Source of the DNA: Octopus vulgaris
Lineage: Eukaryota
Assembly (NCBI GenBank): GCA_951406725.2
Contig: OX597829.1
Span: 36,084,001 to 36,148,000 of the forward strand
DNA length: 64,000 bases
Direction: 5' to 3'
Below are positions 15,501 to 29,749 of the stretch, piece after piece. The stretch's first letter is position 1. Every line of letters begins with the position of its first letter. The translations under genes were made by a program, and so were the position numbers. The notes under the pieces were generated by a model. It was not told the DNA's origin, did not search any database, and saw only the letters and a list, made by a program, of their open reading frames with translations.

Positions 15501-16087
15501 GTAATTACATATAAATATTTACATAGATACGTATGCATATATGTATTAATATATATATATATAATCTTGTTTTGTATTATATTAACGTATTATGTATATT
15601 TCGATTCACGTACATTCACATATACACACGCGCGCATATATAAATATCTATCTATCTCTATATCTATATCCATATCTATATCTATCTATATATACATGTA
15701 TGTATTTATATATAGGTATATATATATATATGTGTGTGTGTATGTGGGTGTGTGTGTGTGTGTGTGTATACATTGACATACATATGCACGTCAACATATT
15801 GCGGTGCTTAAAGGTTTCTGGCTTTAAGCGTATCACGAAAGGCGTGGTTGTAGGCCAAGCCTTCCGAGTTCTTTTACAGAGCTAAGAAAATTTTAAGTAT
15901 CGGTGAAAAAGAGTATCACTCTGACAGGGGAATATCTTGAATAAAATCATATTTAACTGATTTTCCGGTATTTTCTTTTACCCATAGCTAACTTTTCAGC
16001 ATCCTCTGTTATCTGTATGTATGTAAGTAAGTATGTATGTATGTATGTATGTATGTATGTATGTATGTATGTATGTATGTATGTATG

Positions 16088-16158
<71 letters not shown>

Positions 16159-16214
16159 TTACCTATCCATGTATGTATGTATGTATATATGTATGTATAT
16201 ATGTATGTATATAT

Positions 16215-16515
16215 ACTACTCTTGTGCTCTTTTATTTGTTTTAGTCATTTGACTGCGGTCATATTGGAGCACCGCCTTTAGTCCAACAAATCGAACCCAA
16301 AACTTATTGTTTGTAAGCCTAGAACTTATTCTATAGGCTGTCAAACGATCGATGGAGGTGACAAACACAGACCCACAAACATATTCATATTCAGTTTCCG
16401 TCTGCCAAATCCACTTTCAAGGCTTTGGTCAGCTAGAGGGTATAGCGGAAGACAGGTTTCCAACGTGCCACGCAGTGGGACTGAACCTATAACTATGTGG
16501 CTGGAAAGCCACTCG
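16215..16515 (-). mobile_element. SINE family A (internally deleted)
   Basis: agtcatttgactgcggtc..tcagtttccgtctgccaaatcc..gtgccacgcagtgggactgaacc. Confidence 0.8.
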
Positions 16516-16653
16516 TATATGTGTATGTAGATACACACACACACACACCTAGATATATATATACAAAGTCACATATGTATATATTAGCTTAGATTTGTGT
16601 ATATTCATATCTATATAATAATATAAATAATATATATATGCATATATATATAC

Positions 16654-16698
<45 letters not shown>

Positions 16699-16855
16699 AA
16701 TATATATATATACATACATATACATACATATATATATATGTATATATATAAATATATATAAACACATATACATATATATATATATATATACATATACATA
16801 CAGATATATATATAAATATATATATGTACATATATACTTACATACATATATAGGT

Positions 16856-17155
16856 CCAGGGCGTCAACAACAGTAAAATACGAAAGTAAATGAGTTCAAT
16901 ATGCAAACAACGAGAGAAACAAGTGGAAAACAGGACAAGTAACATAAAGAACGAGCCTTCGCCAATTGTCGGATGTCCATCTACTCCTCATTTGTCGTTT
17001 AATACTCGAAATGAGGAGTAAATAGACTGCCGACAACAGACGGAGGGTCGTGCTTTATTTCACTTGCCCTGTTTTCTATTTGTTTCTCTCGTTGTTTGTG
17101 TATTGAACTCATTTGCTTTCGTATTTAATGTTGTTTATATTTGTTAACGTCCTGT
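16856..17155. repeat. ~300-bp foldback element in (TA)n
   Basis: Arms aaatacgaaagtaaatgagttcaat..acaacgagagaaacaa..tactcctcattt / aaatgaggagta..ttgtttctctcgttgt..attgaactcatttgctttcgtattt. Confidence 0.85.
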
Positions 17156-17190
17156 ACACTTATATGCATGTATATACATATATATGCCTG

Positions 17191-17325
<135 letters not shown>

Positions 17326-17515
17326 ATATATATATATATATTATTTATATTATTATTTGATTGGACGCCATACATCTACATATATATTTACATATGAGTG
17401 TGTGCATATATGTATATTCTTTTATTCTTTTGCGTATTTCAACTTTGGAAGCAAGATCATTACCACACTGGCTTCCGCTTAGTAACACACACATATATAT
17501 GTATATATATATAAT

Positions 17516-18156
17516 CATAGGCGTACGGTCCATAGAAGCAAGGGAAACCAATGCTTCCCTTAAAAATTATAGAAGCAAAATTGTTCTAATGTTCTGTAAA
17601 ATTAATATAGGCTACATGATATCATAAGCTTCAGACGTTTATTGTGGGAATTAGCATGAGGCAAGTAGTGGCAGACGACACAAAAAATTTGTGCAAGGGA
17701 AGCAACACGAGCTGTTGCATCCTTTTCTATGTAATATTTTAATATTTTTTTCCGATAAAAATGCCACAAAGACAAGTTTTTTCCTAGTAAAAGCAGAAAT
17801 CGAATAGTTTTAGATGCTAATAAATACGTATACGCTTAGATTGAGTTTCTATCTATTCGCAATACCTATGATATAAATAAATCTTGCGTTGTTATGCAAC
17901 ACATAGGGAAAGGGAAGCAAGTTGACATTCTGTTTCCATCAGAAAAAGGGTGAAAAGATAACTCGAACATAGTTTTCTACGTTTATATAAATGATATTTT
18001 ATACTTTTTCAAATTACAGAACACAATATGAAATATATTTTGTTTTTATTTTAAAAATAGCTGTATAATACGAACATGTCAGTTTGATTCAGTTGTCTAT
18101 GTGACAGAGAATTTTGGATTGCTTCCCCAACCAGGCAGATCATCGCGCGCCCCTAT
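17516..18156. mobile_element. Non-autonomous DNA transposon (hAT-like MITE candidate)
   Basis: Termini cataggcgtacg / cgcgcccctat, with repeated subterminal gggaagca/tgcttccc motifs. Confidence 0.45.
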
Positions 18157-18407
18157 ATACAAACATACCTAGAAATATTATATATAGGTATGTTGGTGCA
18201 AACAGGAAAAGTAAAACTCAAATCCCTGTAACTTAAAAGTTCGGCAAAAGAGGCAGACTACAAAGTTTCAACGCGGTGCTCCAGCAAGGACAAGGTCAAA
18301 TGACTGAAACAAGTAAAAAAAGGAATACATAAGGAATTACATATATGCATGTATATTTATATGTATTATTACAACATATTTCATATATACTGCATATACA
18401 TACATAT

Positions 18408-18474
<67 letters not shown>

Positions 18475-18614
18475 AATGAACTGACAACTAAAGAATGAGA
18501 CTTCGATATTTGGTAAATGTGAATGCATCGTACCTCTTAGTTCCGGTATTTGAAACTACGAGGACTATTATGACAACTTACTGATTGTCCTAGCTATATA
18601 TATACACACACACA

Positions 18615-18704
<90 letters not shown>

Positions 18705-18881
18705 CCCACACACACGAACACACAAGTCAACTGGAAGGTAGACAAGGAATACCGAATAACTGACAAATAGGTACATTGATAGACAGGCAGATAATGGAGG
18801 AAGAAATTGACTGGTAGATGAATGGATAGATGTATAGAGTGAAATATCTATACATATATATTTATATCTATCTATCTATAC

Positions 18882-18933
<52 letters not shown>

Positions 18934-19264
18934 GCATACATACACACATATACATACATATAAATATATATATATACATACTTATCTATCAGTCTGTGTG
19001 TGTGTGTACACATATATATATATATATATTGAATGAAATAGAGAAATACAATTGACAATCTAAAGATTTATTTACATTATTATATAATGTACTATAAAAA
19101 GATATAATACAATATAATACATATATATAACCAACAATTTATTTCGACTCATATGCACTAGGGAATTTATTAAAAATTCCCATCTATGTATACAAGTCTC
19201 TTCAGGGCCTTGGTAAAAAAAAATTTAAAAAAACAGACGAAATTCTATGTATGTATATTCATAG

Positions 19265-20030
19265 TCGCAGGCGTGTCTGTATGGGTAGAAGCTTCTTTCT
19301 TTCTCGACCACATGGTTCTGTGTTCAGTGTCACTGTTTCGCACCTCCGGCAAGTGTACTCTAATATAGCATCAGGTTGGCCGAAGCCTTGTGAGTAAATT
19401 TGATAGACGGAAACTGAGAGAAGTGCATCGTATAATTTATTTATGTATATAGATCTAAGTTTGAGTTTCTTTGTATCTGTGTTTATCCCTACCACTACCG
19501 CTTCCCAATCTGTATTAGTGTGTTTGTGTCCCCGTAACTAAACGTTTCTGCAAAGAGATCGACAGAATAAGAAACAGGGCTAAAGAAATTAGTGCTGGGG
19601 TCAATTCATTCGACTAAAAATTCAAAGTGGTGCACCAGCATGGCCTCAGTCTAATGACCGAAACAAATAAAAGATAATATATATATGCACACACACACAC
19701 ATTTATATTTCTACGTGGCTGCGTGTTAAGAAGCTTGCTTCATAGCCACGTGGTTACGCGTGTAGTCCCCCATGGCGTGGCGTTATTGGACAGGTAAGAT
19801 CCCTGAATGGATTTCGTAGATGTGAACTGATGGCCGCCCGTTGTATACGTATGTGTGTGTGTGTGTGTGCGTGTAGCGTCTGTGTTTTTCCCCACCACAA
19901 CCGTTTGAGAACGGGTGTTACTGTGGTTATATCCTAGTAACTTAACGTAGACTAAATAACAGCCTTACAAAAAGAATTCTGGGATAATTTCATTCGATTA
20001 AAATTCTTTACAGCGATTCTAGTGAACGAT
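19265..20030 (+). mobile_element. Two tandem diverged SINE family A copies (19265-19680; 19715-20030)
   Basis: ccacatggttc..gccttgtgagt..agacggaaactga..ccagcatggcc; the second copy is more decayed. Confidence 0.75.
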
Positions 20031-20082
20031 AAAATATAATATATGTATATATGGATATTTATTTATTTATTTATTTATTTAT

Positions 20083-20124
<42 letters not shown>

Positions 20125-20225
20125 GTACAAATTAAGATAGGGGTTGTAAATACAACCCTCCATGGAATAACATATGTATATATATATATATGCATATATG
20201 TATATATCTACATCTATCTTATTTA

Positions 20226-20275
<50 letters not shown>

Positions 20276-20659
20276 TACACACGCACATACATACATTCAT
20301 ACGTGCATAGATATACATACGTACAAACTGAATTGCAAACACGCATTGTTACCACGTATGCACTCTCTTGTGAGCGGATACATACACAAGGAAACTCAAG
20401 CTGACACACAGACGGAATTTCTCTTACTAATCTATTTATTGTTTTAAAAGAATCGGCCATATTTTCAGCGGCCATCCATATTATTTAATAGTTTAATCTA
20501 CCATACAATACATACTTTAGAAAGACGTCTGTATACATACATACGTACATACATACATACATACATACATACATACATACATACATACATACATACATAC
20601 ATACATACATACATACATACATACATCTGCACATATATGCATGCATCCAAGCATACATG

Positions 20660-20713
<54 letters not shown>

Positions 20714-21253
20714 CATACATTTACACACACACAAGCACAAATACACATACACATGTATATATAGGTAGATATTGAAGAAGACTCTAAAGAAGAACAATTA
20801 CGATTTATATTGTGCCGAATTTTATTGAATATATGCAAATATACATGACAAAATTGACATGGTATATTCGGCAATTTATACCCCCGGCTAAGGGTGTATA
20901 AATTCTATCAAATTCCCATTAAATGTTTCGGCATTATATACCTATCAGTGTTTGAAACTATCTATTTCATTCTTTCCATAAATTTATAATGCCATACACA
21001 TTGGCACGCACACAACACTCTGTCTCTGCCTGTCTGTCTCTCTTTCTTTCTCTTTCTCTCTCTCTCTCCCACACACACACACACATAAATTCATATGCTT
21101 TATATTTGTAAATATACTGAGTTCACATGTAATTGTATATACATGAATATGTATACATATATGCGTAACGTGTATATATATAGCCACATACATATGTATA
21201 TATATATATATATATGTATATTATATACATATATGTATATATATGTACATATG

Positions 21254-21327
<74 letters not shown>

Positions 21328-21753
21328 TATATAAAAGCACATGCAATTATATGTGTGTGTATGCGTATATGTAAGTGCGTGTGTGTATAATCTTTTACTG
21401 AAGAAACCATAATATATAGATAAGAACGTGTAAATGCTGATATAAATTTATACCAATGTTAGAAAATGTCGAATGCTTCTTACGGAATAAAGTTCATAAA
21501 TTTGATGTATAAATTCGAAGATTCCTTTGTGCCAATGGTAGAAAGTCTATGATGTTAAAAAAAATGTGTTCTTGTACTACGGACATATTCCAGCTTTTTT
21601 TCTATGCAAAGAGTTTAAATCAATATTTAAGCAGTATTATTTATAGCTTCATTTGCTGTGAGTTTCACTAATTCAAAACAGAATTAATTCACGTTCTCTT
21701 AAAATTTATGAATTATTACTACCTAATGAAAGTATATACGCGTATATAGATAT

Positions 21754-21863
<110 letters not shown>

Positions 21864-21984
21864 ATGTGTATGTGAAGAGAAAGAGAAAGAGAAAAATGAG
21901 AATGAGATTGAGAGACTGATTGATAAGAGAAAACATGGCCTGAGAGAGTGAAAAGATGAGATAAATGAGAGAAGTGATGTGAGA

Positions 21985-22021
<37 letters not shown>

Positions 22022-22657
22022 ATTCGATTACAACCGTTTCATATTCTTCCTAGCTGTTATATTACATCAAAATTCGCAACAATATAAAACGTACATATAC
22101 AAGCATTTATGTATATATACATACATTCACACAGACACACACACACACACAAACACACAAGCAAACAAGTATTTCTGCATTCCGATACATAATTAGTTAT
22201 ACAACATATGGTTAATTATATCTGTATATTTGCGTATATATATTACTGTGTTTATGCTCTTGTATATAAACATACTGAATGAGATAGACAAATAGCTTAA
22301 TATATATATAAATATATATATATACAAATTTATATATAAACATTGTGTGTATGTGTGTAGATAGATACGTGTCGAATTAGTCATGAATTGGGTATTGTCA
22401 TAGGCAATATATTTATACATTTGTTACATCTATACCCACGTATTTCTGTTTCAATATGAAAACCTGGAATGCGTTCTTCTACCTTTATGCCAGTCAGACA
22501 TTGTTTTTTTTTACATTAACTTAAGACAGTAATTGAAGCAATAGTTAATTTTGGTATTTACAACAAAAGATGACTGAAGACAATGTAATGAGGCAAACAT
22601 CATAAATTTTTGACAATAAGGAAAGTGTCCATCATATACATTTCAATATACATACAT

Positions 22658-22722
<65 letters not shown>

Positions 22723-22863
22723 TGTGTGTGTGTGTTTGTGTGTGTGTAGAATATAAATTAGAGATAAAACCACTATTATGCAACTCAAACAGTGATAGAC
22801 ATAAACCAAAACATAAATAACAAATAATATATATTTCTATTAAACATATAACTAGATCTGAAA

Positions 22864-22939
<76 letters not shown>

Positions 22940-22979
22940 GTGTGTGTGCGTGTGTGTGTGTGCGTGTGTGTGTGTGTAT

Positions 22980-23410
22980 CAAAAGGATGTGTCATAACAC
23001 TATTCTACACATACAAAAACAGCCATACCAATCATCCAGCATGCCTCTATCATCAGCTGCCCCACGGATATCATTATGGTTTCGACACCTGGGCAGTACC
23101 ATTCAATCCAGCGTTATCAGCAGCACTAAAACAAATGCTGTTTGGGAACGAACATACCAAAAAACAAAACACACAACTTTCAAACACATTTACCCTGTGT
23201 ACAACAGTATTCAATCAAATATATGCAGGTATAACACTAATCTCAAACATTAAACTACAAGAAACACATAAATCTATGTACATCTGTATCGGTATTAATA
23301 GTAAACCTACAATAACTAAATTATGCACTAAACAGCGACCAATCTTTAAGTCCATACACATAATAATAATCCCACCAGTCTTCCATAGCTACTACTATAA
23401 CAGAAACTGA
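22980..23410 (+). pseudogene. Possible LINE (L1/Tx1-type) C-terminal relic
   Basis: Non-repetitive open stretch ..FDTWAVPFNPALSAALKQMLFGNEHT.. loosely resembles L1-clade C-termini. Weak. Confidence 0.2.
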
Positions 23411-23789
23411 AAGTTTTATTTCTACTCTCTCCAAAACAAAAACACGATTGAATTTAATGAATAATATAATAATTATGAGTGATATACATTATTTCATAAT
23501 TCAACAGTTAATAATAAAACACTACATACTCTTATAATGTAAACTTACAAAGGAAAACAATAAATTTATAAATAGGAACTAATAAAAGTATAAATGTGAT
23601 TAACTATTATATAAAAGTTTGCTACGATTAAAGCTAAATTAAAACAGTTTAAAAGACTATTTAAAGCTCTACAAAATATTAACACGTTTTCAATATATAT
23701 AGTTATATATAATTATATACATGTGTGTGAGTGTGTGTGTATTACGTAAGTTATATTACTGGCATATTCAATACATCATGTGTTCACAT

Positions 23790-24078
23790 GATTGCCTTGG
23801 CTACCGGATGTTGCTTTATATCGCTGGACACAATGCGCTTTGCTTTTTTTTAGCTTTCGAATAATTCCACCACGCTCGCTAGACGAGCAGACCAAAATAT
23901 TCCCTGATTGGAACGGTAGTCCGTTGCATGATTACCCACTTATAGATGAGTAGATGGCGACAACGGAAAATGGATTGTTTTTCTCAAGAACACAACGCAC
24001 TGCTCAATCCGAAAATCGAACCCACGATTTACCGACCATGAGTGCAATACTCTGTCCACTAGAACACTCGCTTTCACA
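23790..24078 (-). mobile_element. tRNA-derived SINE family D (old)
   Basis: Minus-strand head ctagtggacagag..gtgggttcgatt (A/B box-like), then gcgttgtgttcttgag. Confidence 0.6.
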
Positions 24079-24885
24079 TTCATTCAATATGTATAATATT
24101 ATGCTTTAATATATGGATATTATACATATATTTATTGCTATTGTCAAACATAAATGTATGTGCACGTATGCATATATGCATTGATTTAAACTGATTAACA
24201 ACTAAAATCATTTTAGCTTGCCCCGCCTTCAATCCTCCACACATTCTACTATCTCAGCTAAAATCCCCATCCGCCTTACCACCGTTGTCCCTAACGCTCT
24301 CGTATCTTCTTGTTGACTGGTACTGCTAAGAGATTCCTGGGTAGCAATCTTCATCAGTGTATTCACAATGCCGTAGCGATCGGGGTAGGCCGGCGAGTTG
24401 AACTAGGTACACCATGACAATATAAAAGTTTTAATGGTTAATTATCCCGTGTTTAAAGGAACTAATGAAGACGTGCCTGTGAATGTGTATGTATGCATGA
24501 ATATATGACTACACACTCACCCACCCACACACCCAAACACACACATACACAAACACACACACACATTTATATATACACGTGCACACTCTCATATATATGT
24601 GCGCATATATAATTGTAAGTTTATAATTGGATAAAAATGCTGCGTAATTTTTATTCAGAATAGTTACATTTTAAGAATTAAAATCACATTTAATCTGATC
24701 TACTGGTACAAGAACTTCAGAGGCTTCCCATGGATTCAAGTTGTACCTAAGTATTTCTAAGATTAATAAGTAATTCTGGATAGCGGATGGAGACTCAATG
24801 TATCACAAATTTAATATAATAGTTATAATTGTTTCAGTACTATTTCAAACCACATTACATACATGTTAAGTGTGTAATGAAATGC

Positions 24886-24969
<84 letters not shown>

Positions 24970-25035
24970 CATTTTTTTTTTTCAGAATGAGATAGAAAAC
25001 CACGACTGTAAAGATTTTAGAACATTTATAAGTAG

Positions 25036-25083
25036 GTCTTACAGCTGTTTCCGGGATATTTATTATATCCCTTCATCGGAGAC
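25036..25083 (-). ncRNA. Type I hammerhead ribozyme, CCGAUGA variant core
   Basis: Minus strand: gtct-CCGATGA-a gggatat aataa atatccc g-GAA-ACAGCTGT-A-agac. Stems I, II and III all pair, and the cassette (~24983-25120) lies between (TA)n tracts. Confidence 0.7.
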
Positions 25084-25119
25084 AGTGTGCAAAAATGGTT
25101 AAGCAATAGTTAATTTAGA

Positions 25120-25166
<47 letters not shown>

Positions 25167-25794
25167 TGAAATAATTTCACACACACACACATATATATAT
25201 ATAGTTAATTTAGATTATATATATATATTACAAAGGGTATTAAAATTATGCTACATTACTTCCTTGATTTACATGCATACATTCAAACAGACAGGCATAC
25301 ACACACGCACACACACGCACACACATATTATACATATATGTGTGAGTGTGTGTGTGTGTGCCTGTGTGTGTGTGTGTATGCCTGTCTGTTTGAATGTGTG
25401 TAAAATGCTAAATGGACTTCTAAATAGCTATATTTATGAGCATTCTAACTATATGTAAATATATATATATAAATAATTACGTTTGATGTATACACATTCA
25501 ATGCCTTTCATTTTGTATCCCCACTCCCACGTTAAGAAACGAGGATTTCTCACTAAATACAACGGAATAACGAAACTAGTTTCACTTCGTGCATGTAAAC
25601 TCTCGGATATGTTTTTACCTCTTTTGAAAGGGACGCAGTACCCTCTTTCTCCTCAACACTGGAACACTTTACACACGTGTGTGTGTGTATGCATGTGCGT
25701 GTGCATGTGTGTGCGTCCGTGTGTGCGTGTCTTTGTGTGTGTATGTGTGTGTATGTGTGTACGTGTGTATGTATCTCTCTATATATGTATATCG

Positions 25795-26182
25795 GTGGAG
25801 GCGCAATGGCCCAGTGGTTAGGGCAGCGGACACGCGGTCATAGGATTGCGGTTTCGATTCCCAGACCGGGCGTTGTGAATGTTTATTGAGCGAAAACACC
25901 TAATGCTCCACGAGGCTCCGACAGGGAATGGTGGTGATCCCTGCTGTACTCTTTCACCACAACTTTCTCTCACTCTTACTTCCTGTTTCTGTTGTACCTG
26001 TATTTCAAAGGGCCAGCCTTGTCACTCTCTGTGTCACGCTGAATATCCCTGAGATCTACGTTAAGGGTACGCGTGTCTGTGAAGTGCTCAGCCACTTACA
26101 CGTTAATTTCATGAGCAGACTGTTCCGTTGATTCGGATCAACCGGAACCCTCGTCGTCGTAACCGACGGAGTGCTCCCATTC
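25795..26182 (+). mobile_element. tRNA-derived SINE family C, full length
   Basis: A box tggcccagtgg, B box ggtttcgattccc; near-identical to 39181-39570. Confidence 0.9.
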
Positions 26183-26338
26183 CATATGTATATATCTCTA
26201 TGTATGAGGTATATATATATATATATATACATATAATTATGTTTGTGCATATATACATATGTATGATTTATGCATGTATAACTGTGTATATACGCGTGTG
26301 TGTGTGCGTGCATGTCTGTGTGTATGTGTGTGTGTTTA

Positions 26339-26371
<33 letters not shown>

Positions 26372-26671
26372 ACGTATCTATGTATCTCTCTCTATATGTA
26401 TATATCTCTATGTATGAGGTACATATATATGATTTATGCATGTATACCTGTGTATATACGCGTGTGTGTATGTGTGTGTGCGTGCATGTGTGTGTGCGTG
26501 CGCGCGCGACGTGTGTGTGTGTGAGTGTGCTTCCAAAATGTTACAAGCCTGTAAAAATAGATATACAGGGTAAGTGCAGAATACAGGTATTAAATTTTTA
26601 GCTGTATTATACTCTCGACAATACGTGTTTCTTTTATTATTAATTCTTCTTAGCGCAATAAATTACGGGAA

Positions 26672-26737
<66 letters not shown>

Positions 26738-26741
26738 GCTA

Positions 26742-26785
<44 letters not shown>

Positions 26786-27331
26786 TCTAACTATCTATCT
26801 GTCGGTCTGCCTGTTTTCCTGTCTAGCTATCTATCTGTCTATCTGTGTAACTTTCTATCTAACCGCACACACACACACACATGTATGAAAATATTTAAGC
26901 AAATATCTGTTGACACTCACAGACGTAACGCTCTTACACACACCTATGCATACACACGTGCTTTCATATAGATCTGAATGCATGTAAGCATTTATTTACA
27001 AACATACACTTATATTATGTTAATATATATCCGGTCTTCATGTTTTTTCTTTCATTCACATATATATTGTGAAAGTATAACGGTTATTTTTTTTATTTTT
27101 GTTGTTTTTTTCTATTTTCCCACCAAATAATAATATTTTCCGTCATGTAATAGAAAGGTAAATGTGATAATGCAAATTTCAACATTCATATGTTTGTAAT
27201 ATATTTCAAATTTTTAAGGCTAATTCACTGCAGTTACCAGGGAGAAAAGAAATCTCTCCTATGGTAAAAAAAAAAAAATGCAATAACACCATATCTATTC
27301 AGGCCTGATCTCCGTCTGATACCCAAACCCG

Positions 27332-27332
27332 T

Positions 27333-27367
<35 letters not shown>

Positions 27368-27600
27368 CTTCTTCTTCTTCTTCTTCTTCTTCTTCTTCTT
27401 CTTCTTCTTCTTCTTCTTCTTCTTCTTCTTCTTCTTCTTCTTCTTCTTCTTCTTCTTCTTCTTCTTCTTCTTCTTCTTGTTCTTCTTCTTCTTCTTCTTC
27501 TTCTTCTTCTTCTCTTTCTTCTTCTTCTTCTTCTTCTTCTTCTTCTTCTTCTTCTTCTTCTTCTTCTTCTTCTTCTTCTTCTTCTTCTGTCTTCTTCTTC
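27332..27600. repeat. (TTG)n-(TTC)n microsatellite
   Basis: Directly visible. Confidence 0.95.
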
Positions 27601-28208
27601 ACTGTTTAGTGGTATATAATTCCGCCTAGGTCGACTTATATATATACATATATATGTACATATATGTACTTATATTTTATTTTTGTATACATACATATGT
27701 TTATATGCATGTGCAAGCATATATGTATACACATCGAAAAAGAGAGAGATAGAGAGAGAAGGAGAGAGAGAGAGTGACTGATAGAGATAGAGAGAAAGAG
27801 AGACAAGGACAGAGAGAGAAGGGGAAAGAGACGTAGTTAAACTTATATTCATATTAAGAGAGAAACGTGTGAGAGAGTGTGTACGTGAGCGAATGTTTGG
27901 GCGCTTGTCTGTGGGCTGAATATGTGCTTGTCTTTAAACATTTACCAATAGAAATCAAATTACACATCCAATGATATTCGAAATCTTTCTGCAAAGTTTA
28001 TTTCTGGGAAGTTTTTTCAATCAAAACCATCCGAGAGTAAGACAAAGTATTTGCTTCATTTTTTACTTGAATTTATCTCGAAAAGGAAAATATCATTTTT
28101 CAGTTTGACATGCATGCATGTAATGGGTTAAATGTTCACACACACACATACACACACACATAAAGATAGATAGATAGATAGATATAGATATGTATGTACA
28201 CATACATT

Positions 28209-28240
<32 letters not shown>

Positions 28241-28368
28241 TGTATGTATGTATGTATGTATGTATGTATGTATGTATGTATGTATGTATGTATGTATGTG
28301 TGTATGTATGAATACTTTTTAGAGAATATTTTGGCCATGCTATGTAATATCAGTACGGGATGCATGCA

Positions 28369-28435
<67 letters not shown>

Positions 28436-28501
28436 ATCGTTATTTAAAATATCGATCTTATCAGATGGCCAGCATGGGAATAAAAATCTCATAGGTAATA
28501 A

Positions 28502-28916
28502 TTATTATTAAAATTATAATTAAGGGTATCTAAGAGATACCACCATGCTATGTATAGCAGCCAAAACTTGACTCTAGAACCACCTTAAATGTTCATACCG
28601 CACCAGGAGAGAAGACAAAGAGACAAAATAAGGCAGCAAAAAAATTACTGGATAAATTCCAGATCCCGGATTTCTGACTCAACATAAGAAATGCTTTGTC
28701 TTTGTCAGTGGAATATACACAGATAGCAAATATACGCAGATAGCATACATATATACGACCATATATATATACACAACATAGGAATACTTACATATACGAA
28801 CGTATACATACATATATATATGCACGTATGCACACGTATGTGGTTTTAGAGTCAAGTTTCGGATGCTATGTCTAGCATGGTGGTATCTCTTAGATACCCA
28901 TAATTATAATTTAAAT

Positions 28917-28921
<5 letters not shown>
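28502..28921. mobile_element. Element with ~80-bp inverted termini enclosing a hammerhead fold
   Basis: Arms at 28502-28583 and 28840-28921 (gggtatctaagagataccaccatgcta / tagcatggtggtatctcttagataccc), with (TA)n nearby on both sides. Confidence 0.75.
28656..28714 (-). ncRNA. Type I hammerhead fold with G8A core change
   Basis: Minus strand: attcca-CTGACAA-agac..gtca-GAA-ATCCGGGAT-C-tggaat. Stem I is 6 bp, site AUC. Confidence 0.55.
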
Positions 28922-28959
<38 letters not shown>

Positions 28960-28960
<1 letters not shown>

Positions 28961-29368
28961 TCTTTACTCTTTTACTTGTTTCAGTCATTTGACTGGCCAT
29001 GATGGAGCACCGCCTGTAGTCGAGCAAATCGACCCGAAGATTTATACTTTGTAACCCTAGTACTTATTCTATTGGTCCCTTTTGTCGAACCGCTAAGTTA
29101 CGTGGACGTAAACAAACCTGCAACGGTTGTCAAGCGATGTTGATGGGACAAACACAGACACACAAACATATACACACATACACACATATATACATACATA
29201 TATATACATATATACGACAGGCTTCTTTCAGTTTCCGTCTACCAAATCCACTTACAAGGCTTTGGTCGTCCCGAGGGTATAGTAGAAGAAACTTGTCCAA
29301 GGTGCCACGCAGTGGGACTGAAGCCGGAACCATGTTGTTCGTAAGCAAGCTACTTACCACACAGCCAA
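28960..29368 (-). mobile_element. SINE family A, full length
   Basis: Reverse complement is colinear with 62399-62806. Confidence 0.9.
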
Positions 29369-29421
29369 TACTTTTCTTAAGCAGTGCCGAATTTTACAAT
29401 TCTGTAAAATAATAATAATAG

Positions 29422-29624
29422 TATTTCATAAGCCTAAAGCTTATAGGTATCACTGCGCAATGGTTAAAGAAAATAGGCTAATAACGGGACATATGAGCCC
29501 AACAGAAATCGTATGTGCGTACGGAAACATACTTTTTATGTCGAGGATTTTATATGCGCTATCAATAGACTATTTTCCTTAGTCATTGCGCAGTAATCGC
29601 TATAAGCTTTAAGCTTATGAAATA
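29422..29624. repeat. ~200-bp imperfect palindrome (foldback/MITE)
   Basis: tatttcataagcctaaagcttatag..ctgcgcaatg / cattgcgcag..ctataagctttaagcttatgaaata. Confidence 0.85.
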
Positions 29625-29631
29625 ATATATA

Positions 29632-29727
<96 letters not shown>

Positions 29728-29749
29728 GTATGTATATATATATTACTGG

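Noticed and set aside
24310-24360. Minus-strand CTGATGA followed by an agatt/aatct stem
   Set aside because: No GAAA after the stem, so the core is incomplete.
25795-25870. tRNA-like sequence with A/B boxes (also at 39181 and 62399)
   Set aside because: It is the head of a multi-copy SINE; I saw no complete cloverleaf or Pol III terminator.
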